This document shows positions 16,778 to 26,147 of a stretch of DNA of 59,230 nt, in pieces. Under the pieces are notes generated by a model. It was given only the letters and a program-made list of their open reading frames with translations, did not search any database and was not told the origin of the DNA. This DNA comes from a virus (Duplodnaviria; Caudoviricetes): the IMG/VR virus record IMGVR_UViG_3300012936_000013, positions 1 to 59,230 of that record. One strand, given 5' to 3'. Numbering within the stretch: position 1 is the stretch's first letter; each line of letters opens with the position of its first letter. The translations under genes and the position numbers were made by a program.

Positions 16778-17212
16778 TCACTTAATCTCAACCGCTACCG
16801 GACTCAACTCCTCCTTTTTGGGGATCGTGATAGTCAGAAGCCCGTTAACAAACTCGGCACTCGCTTGCGAAAGGTCAAGGTTGCTGTCATAATTGACATA
16901 GGTCTTCTGGAAACCCCGACGAGCAATACGTCGGTTCTCTGCATCAGTATCCTCCGAAGAAGAATTGGCACACACAGTAATGCTGGACTTGTCGGGTTGG
17001 ACATTGATGGATAGATCGTCCCTAGAGAACCCTGCCAGCGCAAACTCAAGAATTGTGCCTGCCTCGGTATTGTACATATCCGAAACCGGGTATCCTTGAG
17101 TCGTCCTACGGGCTACCGTAGGAAAGTCAAATAAATCTCCGTTAAAGATTTCATCAAAAATAGACCGTCCGAGTAGTGAACCCTTGGGTCGGTAAAATGT
17201 TAAGTCACTCAT
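16778..17212 (-). CDS. Small heat shock protein (Hsp20/IbpA family)
   Basis: YP..D...LEFALAGF...RRIARRGF...AEFVNGLLTITIP; start after AGGAG. Confidence 0.9.
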   Translation of the reverse strand: MSDLTFYRPKGSLLGRSIFDEIFNGDLFDFPTVARRTTQGYPVSDMYNTEAGTILEFALAGFSRDDLSINVQPDKSSITVCANSSSEDTDAENRRIARRGFQKTYVNYDSNLDLSQASAEFVNGLLTITIPKKEELSPVAVEIK

Positions 17213-17295
17213 TTTCATTCTCCTTTTAAGCAATGTTTGCAACTCAATGCGCCCCGTTCTGGCAGCGCAAGATGAAGTTTTAACTTCATGTATAT

Positions 17296-17324
17296 ATTAT
17301 AACCACACAATAACTATTTGTCAA
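17296..17324 (-). promoter_or_regulatory. Sigma70-type promoter for hsp20
   Basis: TTGACA-17-TATAAT, consensus. Confidence 0.8.
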
Positions 17325-17334
17325 GGACTTTTTT

Positions 17335-18252
17335 TCATTTTCCTCGTTTTTTTGGATAAGGTAGTCCGACCTTCTTCGGATTATTAATTTTAAAAAGTTC
17401 GTGAAGCTGTTTAGTTTCTCGCTTGCTACGACCCAAGATATAACAATACTTATGCTTCGGCGGAACAAGCCTTGAGTCACACGACTCACGATACTTCTGC
17501 TCCTCCGCCTTGATTTTAATTTTAATTTCTGGTGGGACAATCTCCCAGTTCGGAGAATACTTCTTCATCATACCCTCCCACTCATCTCTACTCAAGCCAA
17601 TGTTCTCTGCATAGATTCTATACTTTGATCGCTTGCGAAAGTCTCGGTCACTGAACCAGCCAGCCTTTGGTCGCTTCGGGTCAAAGTATTGTTTGATGGT
17701 TCCACTGGTCTGACCCAAGTAGATCCAGTTCATAGCTTGATAGATTGTCCCAAGCTCCTTTGCTTCTGGGTCTGAATAGGCTGTGAACACTCTGAAGTCT
17801 GTATTCTTAACCATCCACTTGACAGAGGAGGACACCAGCCACGAACCCATGTTCTTTGGTGCCCAGCTTATGCTCGCACCACGGGCAATTAATTTTTCTT
17901 TATCCCTATTTTCTTTTCCCAAAAGGTGCGAAAATGTATTCGGGGTTGACATAACAACCACGCCTGCCAGTATTCCATTCTTCTTTAACCTCGCTGTAAA
18001 TCTGTGAGTTGGTCGTGCGGGAAGTTTCCCTAACCACTCATGCCTCTCAATAAATAATTTAATTTCTTCACACTTCGCTCTGTCAGTCTTGTCAACATAC
18101 TCAAAAACAAAGTCCGAAGTTCTCAGACTTTCAGCTTGCTCGTTGGTCAAACCTGCGTCTATCAAGTCCTCGCCCAGATTCTGAAGCCTGACTTCGTACT
18201 GCCAGCAGTGCTCCTTGGCGTAATTCTTGAACCTGTCATAAACGTTCTGCAT
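17335..18252 (-). CDS. Mom-like (GNAT-fold) DNA modification protein
   Basis: FIERHEWLG...LAGVVV...PKN.GSWLVS...AYSDP...GTIYQA.NW.YLG, the Mu Mom family pattern. Confidence 0.7.
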   Translation of the reverse strand: MQNVYDRFKNYAKEHCWQYEVRLQNLGEDLIDAGLTNEQAESLRTSDFVFEYVDKTDRAKCEEIKLFIERHEWLGKLPARPTHRFTARLKKNGILAGVVVMSTPNTFSHLLGKENRDKEKLIARGASISWAPKNMGSWLVSSSVKWMVKNTDFRVFTAYSDPEAKELGTIYQAMNWIYLGQTSGTIKQYFDPKRPKAGWFSDRDFRKRSKYRIYAENIGLSRDEWEGMMKKYSPNWEIVPPEIKIKIKAEEQKYRESCDSRLVPPKHKYCYILGRSKRETKQLHELFKINNPKKVGLPYPKKRGK

Positions 18253-18656
18253 TAGTGGACTACCAAAGAAATGCCATGCTTAGTCAGTGCCTCTCTCATC
18301 ATGTCGGACTCATGTAACAATGCTGTAAGAATCTGCAACTCATCCACAGGAATTTCTACTTGCTGGTCTGGGACTATATCAGAGACTCCAAATGGATCTA
18401 GGACCGGCGCTACAAACTTTTTTAGAGAATAGAGACAAGAATAGTAGTTGCAGAGTTCCGGGATTGCAGTGTCTTCCCAATTCCTGACCTCTGTCTTTAT
18501 CTTGTACTCCAACTGCAAGCTCGCTGCCGCTAGAGAGTTCTGCACATCAGCGGCGACACCAATCAGGGTCTTTAGTGGCACAAATATATTATTTTCTTTC
18601 ACTGGTATTCTCCTTCTTGAACTCAAGCGGCTTGTGAGACCACTTAATGTAATCAT
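18252..18656 (-). CDS. Hypothetical protein
   Basis: ORF track; true start probably near 18602. Confidence 0.55.
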   Translation of the reverse strand: MITLSGLTSRLSSRRRIPVKENNIFVPLKTLIGVAADVQNSLAAASLQLEYKIKTEVRNWEDTAIPELCNYYSCLYSLKKFVAPVLDPFGVSDIVPDQQVEIPVDELQILTALLHESDMMREALTKHGISLVVH

Positions 18657-19050
18657 ATAAATGTTTGTAAGAAACCCGCTCCCACTGCTTCAGATTCACA
18701 TAAAGATTTAATTCCTCTGCCAACTTCAAGCCCTCATCCCAAGCCAAAAACTCCTCATGCAAGATCTTGACCCTCTTGGCTTGAGAAGGTCTCGTCATGT
18801 TGCTTCGGTCGGGCTGCGTAAACCTGTCATCTTTGTTTCTAAGAAGATAGTGACCAGCTTCGTGAAGAAGTGTATAAAACTTTGAAGTCAAAGATTGCTT
18901 GTTTGTGATAACAATCACTTCATCCTCGTAGAAATACCCATTGATCTTGCCGCCGAACTCAACTGCGACACCAAGATCTTCTAGGTATTCTACCACAAGA
19001 TCTATCTGTATGTTAAGAAGATTTTGTTCTTCGCTTTCTTTTTGTGGCAT
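18589..19050 (-). CDS. HExxH metallopeptidase (ImmA/IrrE-like)
   Basis: YTLLHEAGH...EEFLAW..G. Confidence 0.7.
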   Translation of the reverse strand: MPQKESEEQNLLNIQIDLVVEYLEDLGVAVEFGGKINGYFYEDEVIVITNKQSLTSKFYTLLHEAGHYLLRNKDDRFTQPDRSNMTRPSQAKRVKILHEEFLAWDEGLKLAEELNLYVNLKQWERVSYKHLYDYIKWSHKPLEFKKENTSERK

Positions 19051-19534
19051 ACGACTGACCTTCGCCGTGGAAGTTTTTATTCTTTCGTTCGTTAGTTACC
19101 AAGATCATCATGATACACTTGTGACCATTCTTTTCCATGAACTTGTGCCTAAGCGGCATATCGTCTAGTGTTCCATACAGGGGCTTGGGCTTGCGTCTTG
19201 CATATTTTTTTCTTTTCGGAGGGCAGTTTAGATACTCAACGCACCCACGGAGAATTTCTTCGTCCGTCATGCCCTGTTTCCGGTATTTGTCATAGTCAAC
19301 CAAAACATGTCCACCTACGACCCACTTCTTTACTCCGAATCCCTCAACCTCATGCCAAACAGAACCGTGATAGTTTCCACACTTCTCGGGCGCATCTTCC
19401 ATCTTGATGAACTCAGCAAACTGATGCTGCTTTAGAAACTGACACGGTATCCCAGTCGGCTCTGCGTCTGCAACAGTTTTATTGATTTTCGCTGCTCTGT
19501 CTTTTAAACTTTTAAGTTTTTTCTTATCCAACAT
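19013..19534 (-). CDS. Hypothetical basic protein
   Basis: ORF track; fits gene packing. Confidence 0.6.
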   Translation of the reverse strand: MLDKKKLKSLKDRAAKINKTVADAEPTGIPCQFLKQHQFAEFIKMEDAPEKCGNYHGSVWHEVEGFGVKKWVVGGHVLVDYDKYRKQGMTDEEILRGCVEYLNCPPKRKKYARRKPKPLYGTLDDMPLRHKFMEKNGHKCIMMILVTNERKNKNFHGEGQSYATKRKRRTKSS

Positions 19535-19775
19535 CGCCCCTCACAAAAGATTCAAAATCAGTATAGCCACCGATGAAAACTTCTTCTTCTTGATTGTAGG
19601 TGTAGACCATCGGCACCGTCTTCCAACCGGGGTGGCGCTGCTGAATCTCCCTAAGCTCGTTGCCCCAAGACATTTTCTGGACCTCAACGGTAAAACCAGA
19701 AGACTCGGCAAGATCAATCGCCTTCTTGCACCACGGACAACCGGGCACGGTAATGATTTTAACCTTCTTATCCAT
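19524..19775 (-). CDS. Glutaredoxin
   Basis: CPWC, TVP, FIGGYTD. Confidence 0.9.
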   Translation of the reverse strand: MDKKVKIITVPGCPWCKKAIDLAESSGFTVEVQKMSWGNELREIQQRHPGWKTVPMVYTYNQEEEVFIGGYTDFESFVRGDVG

Positions 19776-20091
19776 TCAGTAACTCCTTGCCGGTCGCCTT
19801 GCGGATACGCTCAATCTTTTCTTCTACCGCCTGACGATCTCCAACTACCACAATATCAATGCCGCTCTGCCCACGATCAAGATACACTCGTGTAAACTGA
19901 TGCGTGTTGTTTAGCTCATTCGGCAAAAAGCCCTCGGTAAGCATCTGCTTCATGTTCGCATCTTCACGCACACAAACCACATACTCTGGGTTGATTGTGA
20001 CCTCTCTCAACGTATACTTTTTCTTGTTAGATGAGTCTGTCAAGTTTGTCGTGGTCGTATTCTCCACCACCTCTGTCAATGTAACTAGCAT
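19768..20091 (-). CDS. Hypothetical protein (weak FlbD-like pattern)
   Basis: VTINPEYVVCVRE...T.VYL...IVV. Confidence 0.55.
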   Translation of the reverse strand: MLVTLTEVVENTTTTNLTDSSNKKKYTLREVTINPEYVVCVREDANMKQMLTEGFLPNELNNTHQFTRVYLDRGQSGIDIVVVGDRQAVEEKIERIRKATGKELLNG

Positions 20092-20094
20092 AGT

Positions 20095-20355
20095 TTAGCT
20101 CCTTTTAGCGTTGTAAACATCTTTTTCACGAACCCACCAAGGTTCGGATTCATAAATAATTTTCTTATAACCCTCTGCTGCTTCTCCAATACACAAAACG
20201 TTCATGGGTTTCTCCGTCTTCTTGTATCTCCTGATTGCGGCGTGTGCACCCGGCACCCAAACCGCAGTCTCTGTCATGTCACCTTCCCAGCTTTCATCTA
20301 CCTGATAAATGGTGACACTGGAAGGTATGTAAACCAAGTCTCCTTTGTTACTCAC
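20095..20355 (-). CDS. SH3/KOW-like 'KGDLV' protein
   Basis: GTG start MSNKGDLVYIP; its SD is encoded by the upstream gene's GGGGE tail. Confidence 0.6.
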   Translation of the reverse strand: MSNKGDLVYIPSSVTIYQVDESWEGDMTETAVWVPGAHAAIRRYKKTEKPMNVLCIGEAAEGYKKIIYESEPWWVREKDVYNAKRS

Positions 20356-20764
20356 CACCACCTCCACCATTATGCATTGCATCAAAATGCATTGCTTCCT
20401 GAAGTTTTCTGATCTTGTCAGTCAAATCAGCAGCCATTTGCTCCTGCTCCTCTGGCAAGCCTGTAATCGGTGCTGGCGGTTCTTCATTAGTGGGTTGAGG
20501 AGCTACATCCTGTGCAGTCGCAGCACTATTAAAACCAACTGTGATAGCATAACAATCAGCTAATCTCTGATCAACCTTTGCCAGAAGACTGCGAATCTCG
20601 TGAACTTTAGCTTGCAGTGCTACCACATTGTCTGACTCAAAATCTGTCATGGCTAGGGATTCCCTAATCTGGTCAACCCAAAGAGTAGCCTCGTCTGACA
20701 GTAAGGATGCGACTCTCGGCACGTCATCCATTTCAACTGCGTAACTTATATTAACCATATTCAT
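20348..20764 (-). CDS. Hypothetical helical protein
   Basis: ORF track; GAGG upstream. Confidence 0.6.
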   Translation of the reverse strand: MNMVNISYAVEMDDVPRVASLLSDEATLWVDQIRESLAMTDFESDNVVALQAKVHEIRSLLAKVDQRLADCYAITVGFNSAATAQDVAPQPTNEEPPAPITGLPEEQEQMAADLTDKIRKLQEAMHFDAMHNGGGGGE

Positions 20765-20789
20765 TTATTAAACCTCACTTTTTATATAC

Positions 20790-20824
20790 AAAAATGCGGC
20801 ACGAAGGTCGCCCCACGCACCGCA
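20790..20824 (-). terminator. Putative intrinsic terminator
   Basis: TGCGGTGCG...CGTGCCGCA stem (with G-U pairs) followed by T5. Confidence 0.5.
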
Positions 20825-20831
20825 GGTATTT

Positions 20832-21635
20832 TTACTTCTTTAGCTTCTTGACCCTCTTGATCTCTCGTTCCTCTACCACCAAAGGCGATGGCTCACCGAC
20901 AGGCAACACCAAGTAACGCTTAGTGCCTTTAGCTGCGGTGACCACGGGCTGATAGTTCGTCTTGAGGACAAACGCCTTCTTACCACGGATGCGAGGACCG
21001 CCAGAGGCACGACCCTCAACCATTACACCTTCGGCATAAAGTGGTTCTGCGAGGGTGGCAGCAATAACCTTTTGTGCATACTTGTTCTGGGTGATGGCGT
21101 TGAACTGCTTTTCGGAAGGAACAAAGCCTACCTCATTGAGAATCCTGTGAGCAAGATCTCCATAGTACGGAGGGTTAGACTGGTAATACCGGGCGGCAAT
21201 CTCTGCCTCATGCTTGCGCTGAGCGTAGGTCTCTGCCCACTGCTCTCGTCGCTCCTTGCCCTCCTCAGAATAACGCTCCTGAATACGCTCTAGAGCACCT
21301 GCTTGACGCTCTGTGAGCTTGCCCCAGCGACCCACAGCCTGCTTCAAAGAGTTCAGGAACTGACCGTCATGCGCCGAAACTTCGGGGTTGGCAAGGAGCG
21401 CCAGAATGGCTTCTGCCTCCGGGTTGCCTTGCAAGGGGTCTACATATGTCTCTGGGTCGTACTTTTCTTCTAGCTTGCATAACCAGTGCCTACGACCCGA
21501 CGACAGACTACCTTTCCTCTCGTAATGAGCGAGAAGCGATTGAGCGAAGTTAAAATCTGAAGATTCAGCCACGAGCGGGTTGTTTACTAGATTTTGAAGA
21601 CGAACACGAAGACCCATTTGATTACCTCTCACCAT
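20832..21635 (-). CDS. Hypothetical early protein with repeated F..SL......G.L(S/T)..Q/R helical modules
   Basis: FAQSLL...GSLSSGRR, FLNSLK...GKLTERQ, PSEKQ; follows two sigma70 promoters. Confidence 0.65.
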   Translation of the reverse strand: MVRGNQMGLRVRLQNLVNNPLVAESSDFNFAQSLLAHYERKGSLSSGRRHWLCKLEEKYDPETYVDPLQGNPEAEAILALLANPEVSAHDGQFLNSLKQAVGRWGKLTERQAGALERIQERYSEEGKERREQWAETYAQRKHEAEIAARYYQSNPPYYGDLAHRILNEVGFVPSEKQFNAITQNKYAQKVIAATLAEPLYAEGVMVEGRASGGPRIRGKKAFVLKTNYQPVVTAAKGTKRYLVLPVGEPSPLVVEEREIKRVKKLKK

Positions 21636-21647
21636 CAGTACACTATT

Positions 21648-21676
21648 AATATAGCAGGTGATGCTACGTTTGTCAA
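21648..21676 (-). promoter_or_regulatory. Sigma70-type promoter
   Basis: TTGACA-17-TATATT. Confidence 0.75.
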
Positions 21677-21752
21677 GTGATTTCTGAAAAAAAGATCAAT
21701 TATTTTGAAAACCTAAACTAAATCGGGGATCTCTCAACCACCCTACATATAC

Positions 21753-21781
21753 AATATAATATAAGATGCGAAAGAAGTCAA
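21753..21781 (-). promoter_or_regulatory. Sigma70-type promoter
   Basis: TTGACT-17-TATATT. Confidence 0.7.
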
Positions 21782-21801
21782 GCATTATTTTATTTATTTT
21801 T

Positions 21802-22209
21802 TCAAGTTGTGAGAATCATACCCATGAAAGTCTTGGCAAGCAAGCCAAGCGTACTCAGACCAAGAGCCCATGTAATTTTATTATACACACCAAGCTGCAT
21901 TTCAAGTTTCAAGATTCTCTCATCCTGTTTCCTGTTTGCATCTAAGATGGGGTCTACCCTACCACGCCAAGCAATCTGGTCATTGAGTTTTGCGATTGCG
22001 CCGGTATTAGGGTCGTTCAAGGAAATATCAATAGCCGTAACCTGAGCCTCAACTCGCTCCATCTGATCTGCGAGCCTTTCTAGCGAGCTTACAAGAGACT
22101 TCCACCCACCGTTCTGGGATGGGTGTCCCTGCACCTCTCTAAACTTTGCTTCAATTGCCTCCATCTGGTCGGCAATCTTAACTAACACACCTTCAAGCTC
22201 GTTTGACAT
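21802..22209 (-). CDS. Coiled-coil protein with C-terminal transmembrane helix (possible holin/XhlA-like)
   Basis: Heptad N-terminal region; ITWALGLSTLGLLAKTFMGMIL C-terminus. Confidence 0.5.
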   Translation of the reverse strand: MSNELEGVLVKIADQMEAIEAKFREVQGHPSQNGGWKSLVSSLERLADQMERVEAQVTAIDISLNDPNTGAIAKLNDQIAWRGRVDPILDANRKQDERILKLEMQLGVYNKITWALGLSTLGLLAKTFMGMILTT

Positions 22210-22255
22210 GGCTATTTCCTCCCTGCGCTTCTGATCTAAGTAGTCAGTCCAAAGG

Positions 22256-23830
22256 TTAAGACACCTCTACAATAGCGTGATTTGTAGTGAGTAGTGTTCC
22301 TGCTGCTGAAACAGCATTTTGCAGTGCTGTTTTCGTCACCTTCGCCGGATCAATGACTCCCGACTCTAGCAAGTCTTCCACCTGACCAGACGCAAAGTTA
22401 AAACCGCTAGAACCTTCGGCTTCGCAGACCTGTGCAATAACCAAATCAGGAGACTCGCCGCTGTTGAGGCACATCTGACGAATTGGACCGCAAACTGAGC
22501 GCCTGATAATGTCAATTCCTGCCTGACGATCTGGGTTGTCGCACCTGCAATCAGCAAGCGCCGAAGATGCACGAATCAATGCCACGCCACCACCGGGAAC
22601 AATACCCTCCTCTTGTGCAGACTTCACCGCAGACAGAGCATCCTCAATACGATGTTTCGTCTCAACCATCTCAACCTCTGTGGTCCCACCCACACGAATA
22701 ATAGCGACACCCGAAGCCAGTCGTGTAATTCTCTCTTGCACTTTCTCAGCCTCGTGAAGATCTTCCAAGTGCTGCATTTCCGCTTTTAGAAAGTCAATCT
22801 TATCGTCAATCTCGCTCATGTCACCAGCGCCGCCGACCACAACTGTGGACTGCCTGTTAGATTCAACACTCTTAGCGATGCCCAAATGTTCAAGTTTAAC
22901 ATCCTTGAGAGAGACACCGGTTTCTCTAGAAATAAATGTAGCCCCAGTGCTCAGTGCCAAATCACGCAGGATGTTTCTACGCTCCTCGCCATAAGCGGGC
23001 GCTTTAATCGCTGCCACCTTCATGTTTCCACGCACAGTGTTCATAATAAGTGCTGCAAGTGCCTGACCTTCTACGTTCTCGCTCACGATTACAAGCGGCT
23101 TGCTCTCACGTGCCACCTGCTCAAGAGTCGGCAAAAGTTCCTCAACCGCTGAAATATTCCCGTCCGCTACAAGAACAAACGGCTCTCTGTACTTCATCAC
23201 CGCCAACCGCTCATCGGTAACGAATGAAGAAGAAACATAACCACCGTCAAATCGGAAACCCTCAACCAGATCTAGGGTTGTGTGCATAGACTTTCCTGCT
23301 TCAATGGTGATACCACCATCCTTACCAGCCTGATCAATAGCCATGGCAATGAGTTCGCCAATCTTTCTATCTCCATTCGCAGAGATCGTCGCAACATCCG
23401 CTACCTCGCTCTGGCTTCTGATGGGTTTGGACATGTCAGCGAGAGCATCAACTACAACCTCTGTGGCTTCGTCCATCCCTCTCTTGACCTCAACAGGAGA
23501 TGCGCCAGCAGCAATATACTTTTGAGCTTGATTTACAATCTCTCTAGCGATTACCGTTGCCGTCGTTGTCCCATCGCCTGCGTTCGTGTTTGTGACCTGA
23601 GATGCCTGCTTAATAACTTGTGCTCCCAAGTTTTCAAACGGATCTTCAAGCTCTACAAACTTCGCAACGGTTACACCGTCTTTTGTGATAACGGGGTTGC
23701 CGTCTTTCTTTTGAAGGATTACATTTCTACCCTTCGGTCCTAGTGTTGCTGCAACATTGTCAGCAAGTGTGTTAACACCATTCAAAATCTTCTCATTCAG
23801 TGATGAGTGACTATCATAAACCTTACTCAC
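22256..23830 (-). CDS. groEL: Chaperonin GroEL
   Basis: [45 protein letters not shown]. Confidence 0.97.
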   Translation of the reverse strand: MSKVYDSHSSLNEKILNGVNTLADNVAATLGPKGRNVILQKKDGNPVITKDGVTVAKFVELEDPFENLGAQVIKQASQVTNTNAGDGTTTATVIAREIVNQAQKYIAAGASPVEVKRGMDEATEVVVDALADMSKPIRSQSEVADVATISANGDRKIGELIAMAIDQAGKDGGITIEAGKSMHTTLDLVEGFRFDGGYVSSSFVTDERLAVMKYREPFVLVADGNISAVEELLPTLEQVARESKPLVIVSENVEGQALAALIMNTVRGNMKVAAIKAPAYGEERRNILRDLALSTGATFISRETGVSLKDVKLEHLGIAKSVESNRQSTVVVGGAGDMSEIDDKIDFLKAEMQHLEDLHEAEKVQERITRLASGVAIIRVGGTTEVEMVETKHRIEDALSAVKSAQEEGIVPGGGVALIRASSALADCRCDNPDRQAGIDIIRRSVCGPIRQMCLNSGESPDLVIAQVCEAEGSSGFNFASGQVEDLLESGVIDPAKVTKTALQNAVSAAGTLLTTNHAIVEVS

Positions 23831-23855
23831 GTTTACCTCCAGTTTGGTTTTTTAT

Positions 23856-23884
23856 AATATAACATGATATGTTGTGTTTGTAAA
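23856..23884 (-). promoter_or_regulatory. Sigma70-type promoter for groEL
   Basis: TTTACA-17-TATATT. Confidence 0.6.
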
Positions 23885-23900
23885 GAATTAAATTAATTTA

Positions 23901-26147
23901 TTATGGCAATGGGATTTCAATTGCGCTGTTTTCTGGTTCATACCCAAAGGCTTTCATGAAGGTAGAAAAACTCTCGGAAAGAATACTCTTGAACCAGTTC
24001 GCCAGCTTAGCAATGCTGTTTGAAATGAGCTTCATAACTTTCTTAAAAGTATTCTTTACCCAATCAACACCCCTTGAAACAACGTCAACACCCTTATCAA
24101 GCAAGTCGGTAAACCAGCCTTCCATCAGTTGCTCGGTTAAAAGCTCGTCTCCAATGACAGACTCATAAATAGTGCCCGCATCAGCTTGAATTTGTGCCTG
24201 CTGCTCTCTGGTGAACATCCAATCACTCACGACAGAAAGATTCAACCTCTCCGCTGAAACAAGCGGCAAGAGTGAATCCACGTCAGACTCTTTAAGTTCG
24301 TCTGCTTTGCAAGCCTGCGATGCAATAGCATCTCCACGCATCGCCAAACCACGACCTGAACCACGGTCACGGATACCCAACTTCAAGCCGGACGAAATAG
24401 CTGCGAAAACCTCATCATTGTATGCATCGCCGTCCATCAGGTCAACCCAGTAAGAAGACTCTGGACTTCCGACGCTCCACTTCAAGATAGCTTTCGCCTT
24501 AGCAGAATCTGTTTCAAACTTTCCGTCGCCTGTTAAGCCTTCTTTCATGACACCAACCCGAAAGGTGTCGGTATCTAGAACAGACTTTAAGCTCGCAGCC
24601 ATCTCAACGAACGGCTCAGCAGCGGCAACACCTGCGTTCTTAACCGCTGTGTCAAAAATCTTGTTCTCTGTAGGGTCTATGTCGCCGCCACAATCAATAT
24701 AAAGTAATTGTGTTAGCTGTTTCTGTGCTACTACGGCGAGCTTCTTTGCTGTTGGATCTTTAGCGGACCCGTCGCTGCTGGTGCCAGCAATTCTTGCCCT
24801 TGTCTCTGGGCTCAACTCGTCCCAATTATCTTCCATGTCTTTGGCGACCTTTGTTCTGACTGCCTGAGACATTCCCTTGGAATCGCCCACCGCATCAAAT
24901 GTGTCGTCCAAGTCGGATGCGGGATCTTTGGCGTTAACATATGCGTCAATTGCGTCCGATGCACCGTCCATCTGTTTGTCAATATTCTTTGTTGTGCCCA
25001 TGACCCTCTTTAGCTGTGTCAAGAACACGTCAGTCTTCTGAGCCATCTCTTGTGTCAACTGTGGGTGCTTTTTCATAACCACGTCAAACACTGCTGCACA
25101 CTCCGGTCCCTGTGTGGACATGAACTGCGATTCTTCTTTCTTTTTAACGCTGGTTCCAAGACCGTTAATTAATAAATCTGCCTTCGCTTCTGTACTGGTC
25201 GCACCCCACCTCTTATAAACTTCGGTAAGGCTGACCTGAATCCCACCGCCAGAAGATTTTGATGTGGTAGCTGGGTCAACCGCTGGCATGGGACTTGCAT
25301 ATGATGGGGCACCTGTTGGATTTTTCAAGCCTGCGACAACTGCATCTGCTGCCTGCTGCCACCGTGGGTCTTGATTAATTCCATCCCCAAAACTCTTAAA
25401 CGTTTCATCTCCGAGGGTGCCACCGAGCAAGGAGAGTAGCAGGTTTGCCTCAAACTTTGTAGCTTCAGATCCGGAACTGCCGCCGCCCTGATGTAAACTA
25501 ATTTTAATACCAGTAATATTTATTTGACGGACTACACCCTGATCGTCTGTCACCAATATAACGTCAGAATCTTCTAAATCATACTTTTGAATTAAATATT
25601 CTTTGGCTTTCTCTGCAAAGTCTTTTCTTTCAAACCTGCCGCCAAGATTATTAATTCCCATAGTTCGTTGCGTCTTGCTGTTTAGCTTTGGCTCTGCGTC
25701 TGGATATTCTGATGAAAAGTTACTAATCAGATCGTCTACGATTATTTTCTTGTTTGCCGGATCAACCTTGCCTTTGTGGATTGGTGCTTGCTTTTCAGCG
25801 ATAGCCTCAGAAACAAGCTGGTAAATCATGTCCATGGACAAGACCTTTCGCCCTCTGTTGAAACTTTCTGCAACCTGCTTAGCGATTCTGTCGTCTGCCT
25901 CAATGTCGCTGCCGATGCCAACAAGATTTGTGCCAGTGAATCGCTGCACAATATCCCAAGCCGAAGTTTCGTCACCTGATTCCATTGCTGCCTCAAACTG
26001 AGCAATTTCGTCAGCATCTGCATTCATGTAGAAAGATGCAACCTCGGAGATCCCAAGATTGCCTTCATATGCTGCCTCATCAAGAGCCTCGTACAACGCT
26101 TCGGTTCTAGCAATTCTATCGTTTAGGGAATAGTCTTTAAACTTCAT
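23901..26147 (-). CDS. Large multi-module putative virion protein with an internal PD-(D/E)XK-like nuclease domain
   Basis: ATKFEANL...EAKADLLING..TSVKK..SQFMS; xxE junctions (LDE, VAE, LKE, LTE, LME); amphipathic C-terminal helix. Confidence 0.55.
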   Translation of the reverse strand: MKFKDYSLNDRIARTEALYEALDEAAYEGNLGISEVASFYMNADADEIAQFEAAMESGDETSAWDIVQRFTGTNLVGIGSDIEADDRIAKQVAESFNRGRKVLSMDMIYQLVSEAIAEKQAPIHKGKVDPANKKIIVDDLISNFSSEYPDAEPKLNSKTQRTMGINNLGGRFERKDFAEKAKEYLIQKYDLEDSDVILVTDDQGVVRQINITGIKISLHQGGGSSGSEATKFEANLLLSLLGGTLGDETFKSFGDGINQDPRWQQAADAVVAGLKNPTGAPSYASPMPAVDPATTSKSSGGGIQVSLTEVYKRWGATSTEAKADLLINGLGTSVKKKEESQFMSTQGPECAAVFDVVMKKHPQLTQEMAQKTDVFLTQLKRVMGTTKNIDKQMDGASDAIDAYVNAKDPASDLDDTFDAVGDSKGMSQAVRTKVAKDMEDNWDELSPETRARIAGTSSDGSAKDPTAKKLAVVAQKQLTQLLYIDCGGDIDPTENKIFDTAVKNAGVAAAEPFVEMAASLKSVLDTDTFRVGVMKEGLTGDGKFETDSAKAKAILKWSVGSPESSYWVDLMDGDAYNDEVFAAISSGLKLGIRDRGSGRGLAMRGDAIASQACKADELKESDVDSLLPLVSAERLNLSVVSDWMFTREQQAQIQADAGTIYESVIGDELLTEQLMEGWFTDLLDKGVDVVSRGVDWVKNTFKKVMKLISNSIAKLANWFKSILSESFSTFMKAFGYEPENSAIEIPLP

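Noticed and set aside
17335-18252. MQNVYDRFKNYAKE as another member of the ENWRRF leader family
   Set aside because: It lacks the conserved Trp; the similarity is too weak to count
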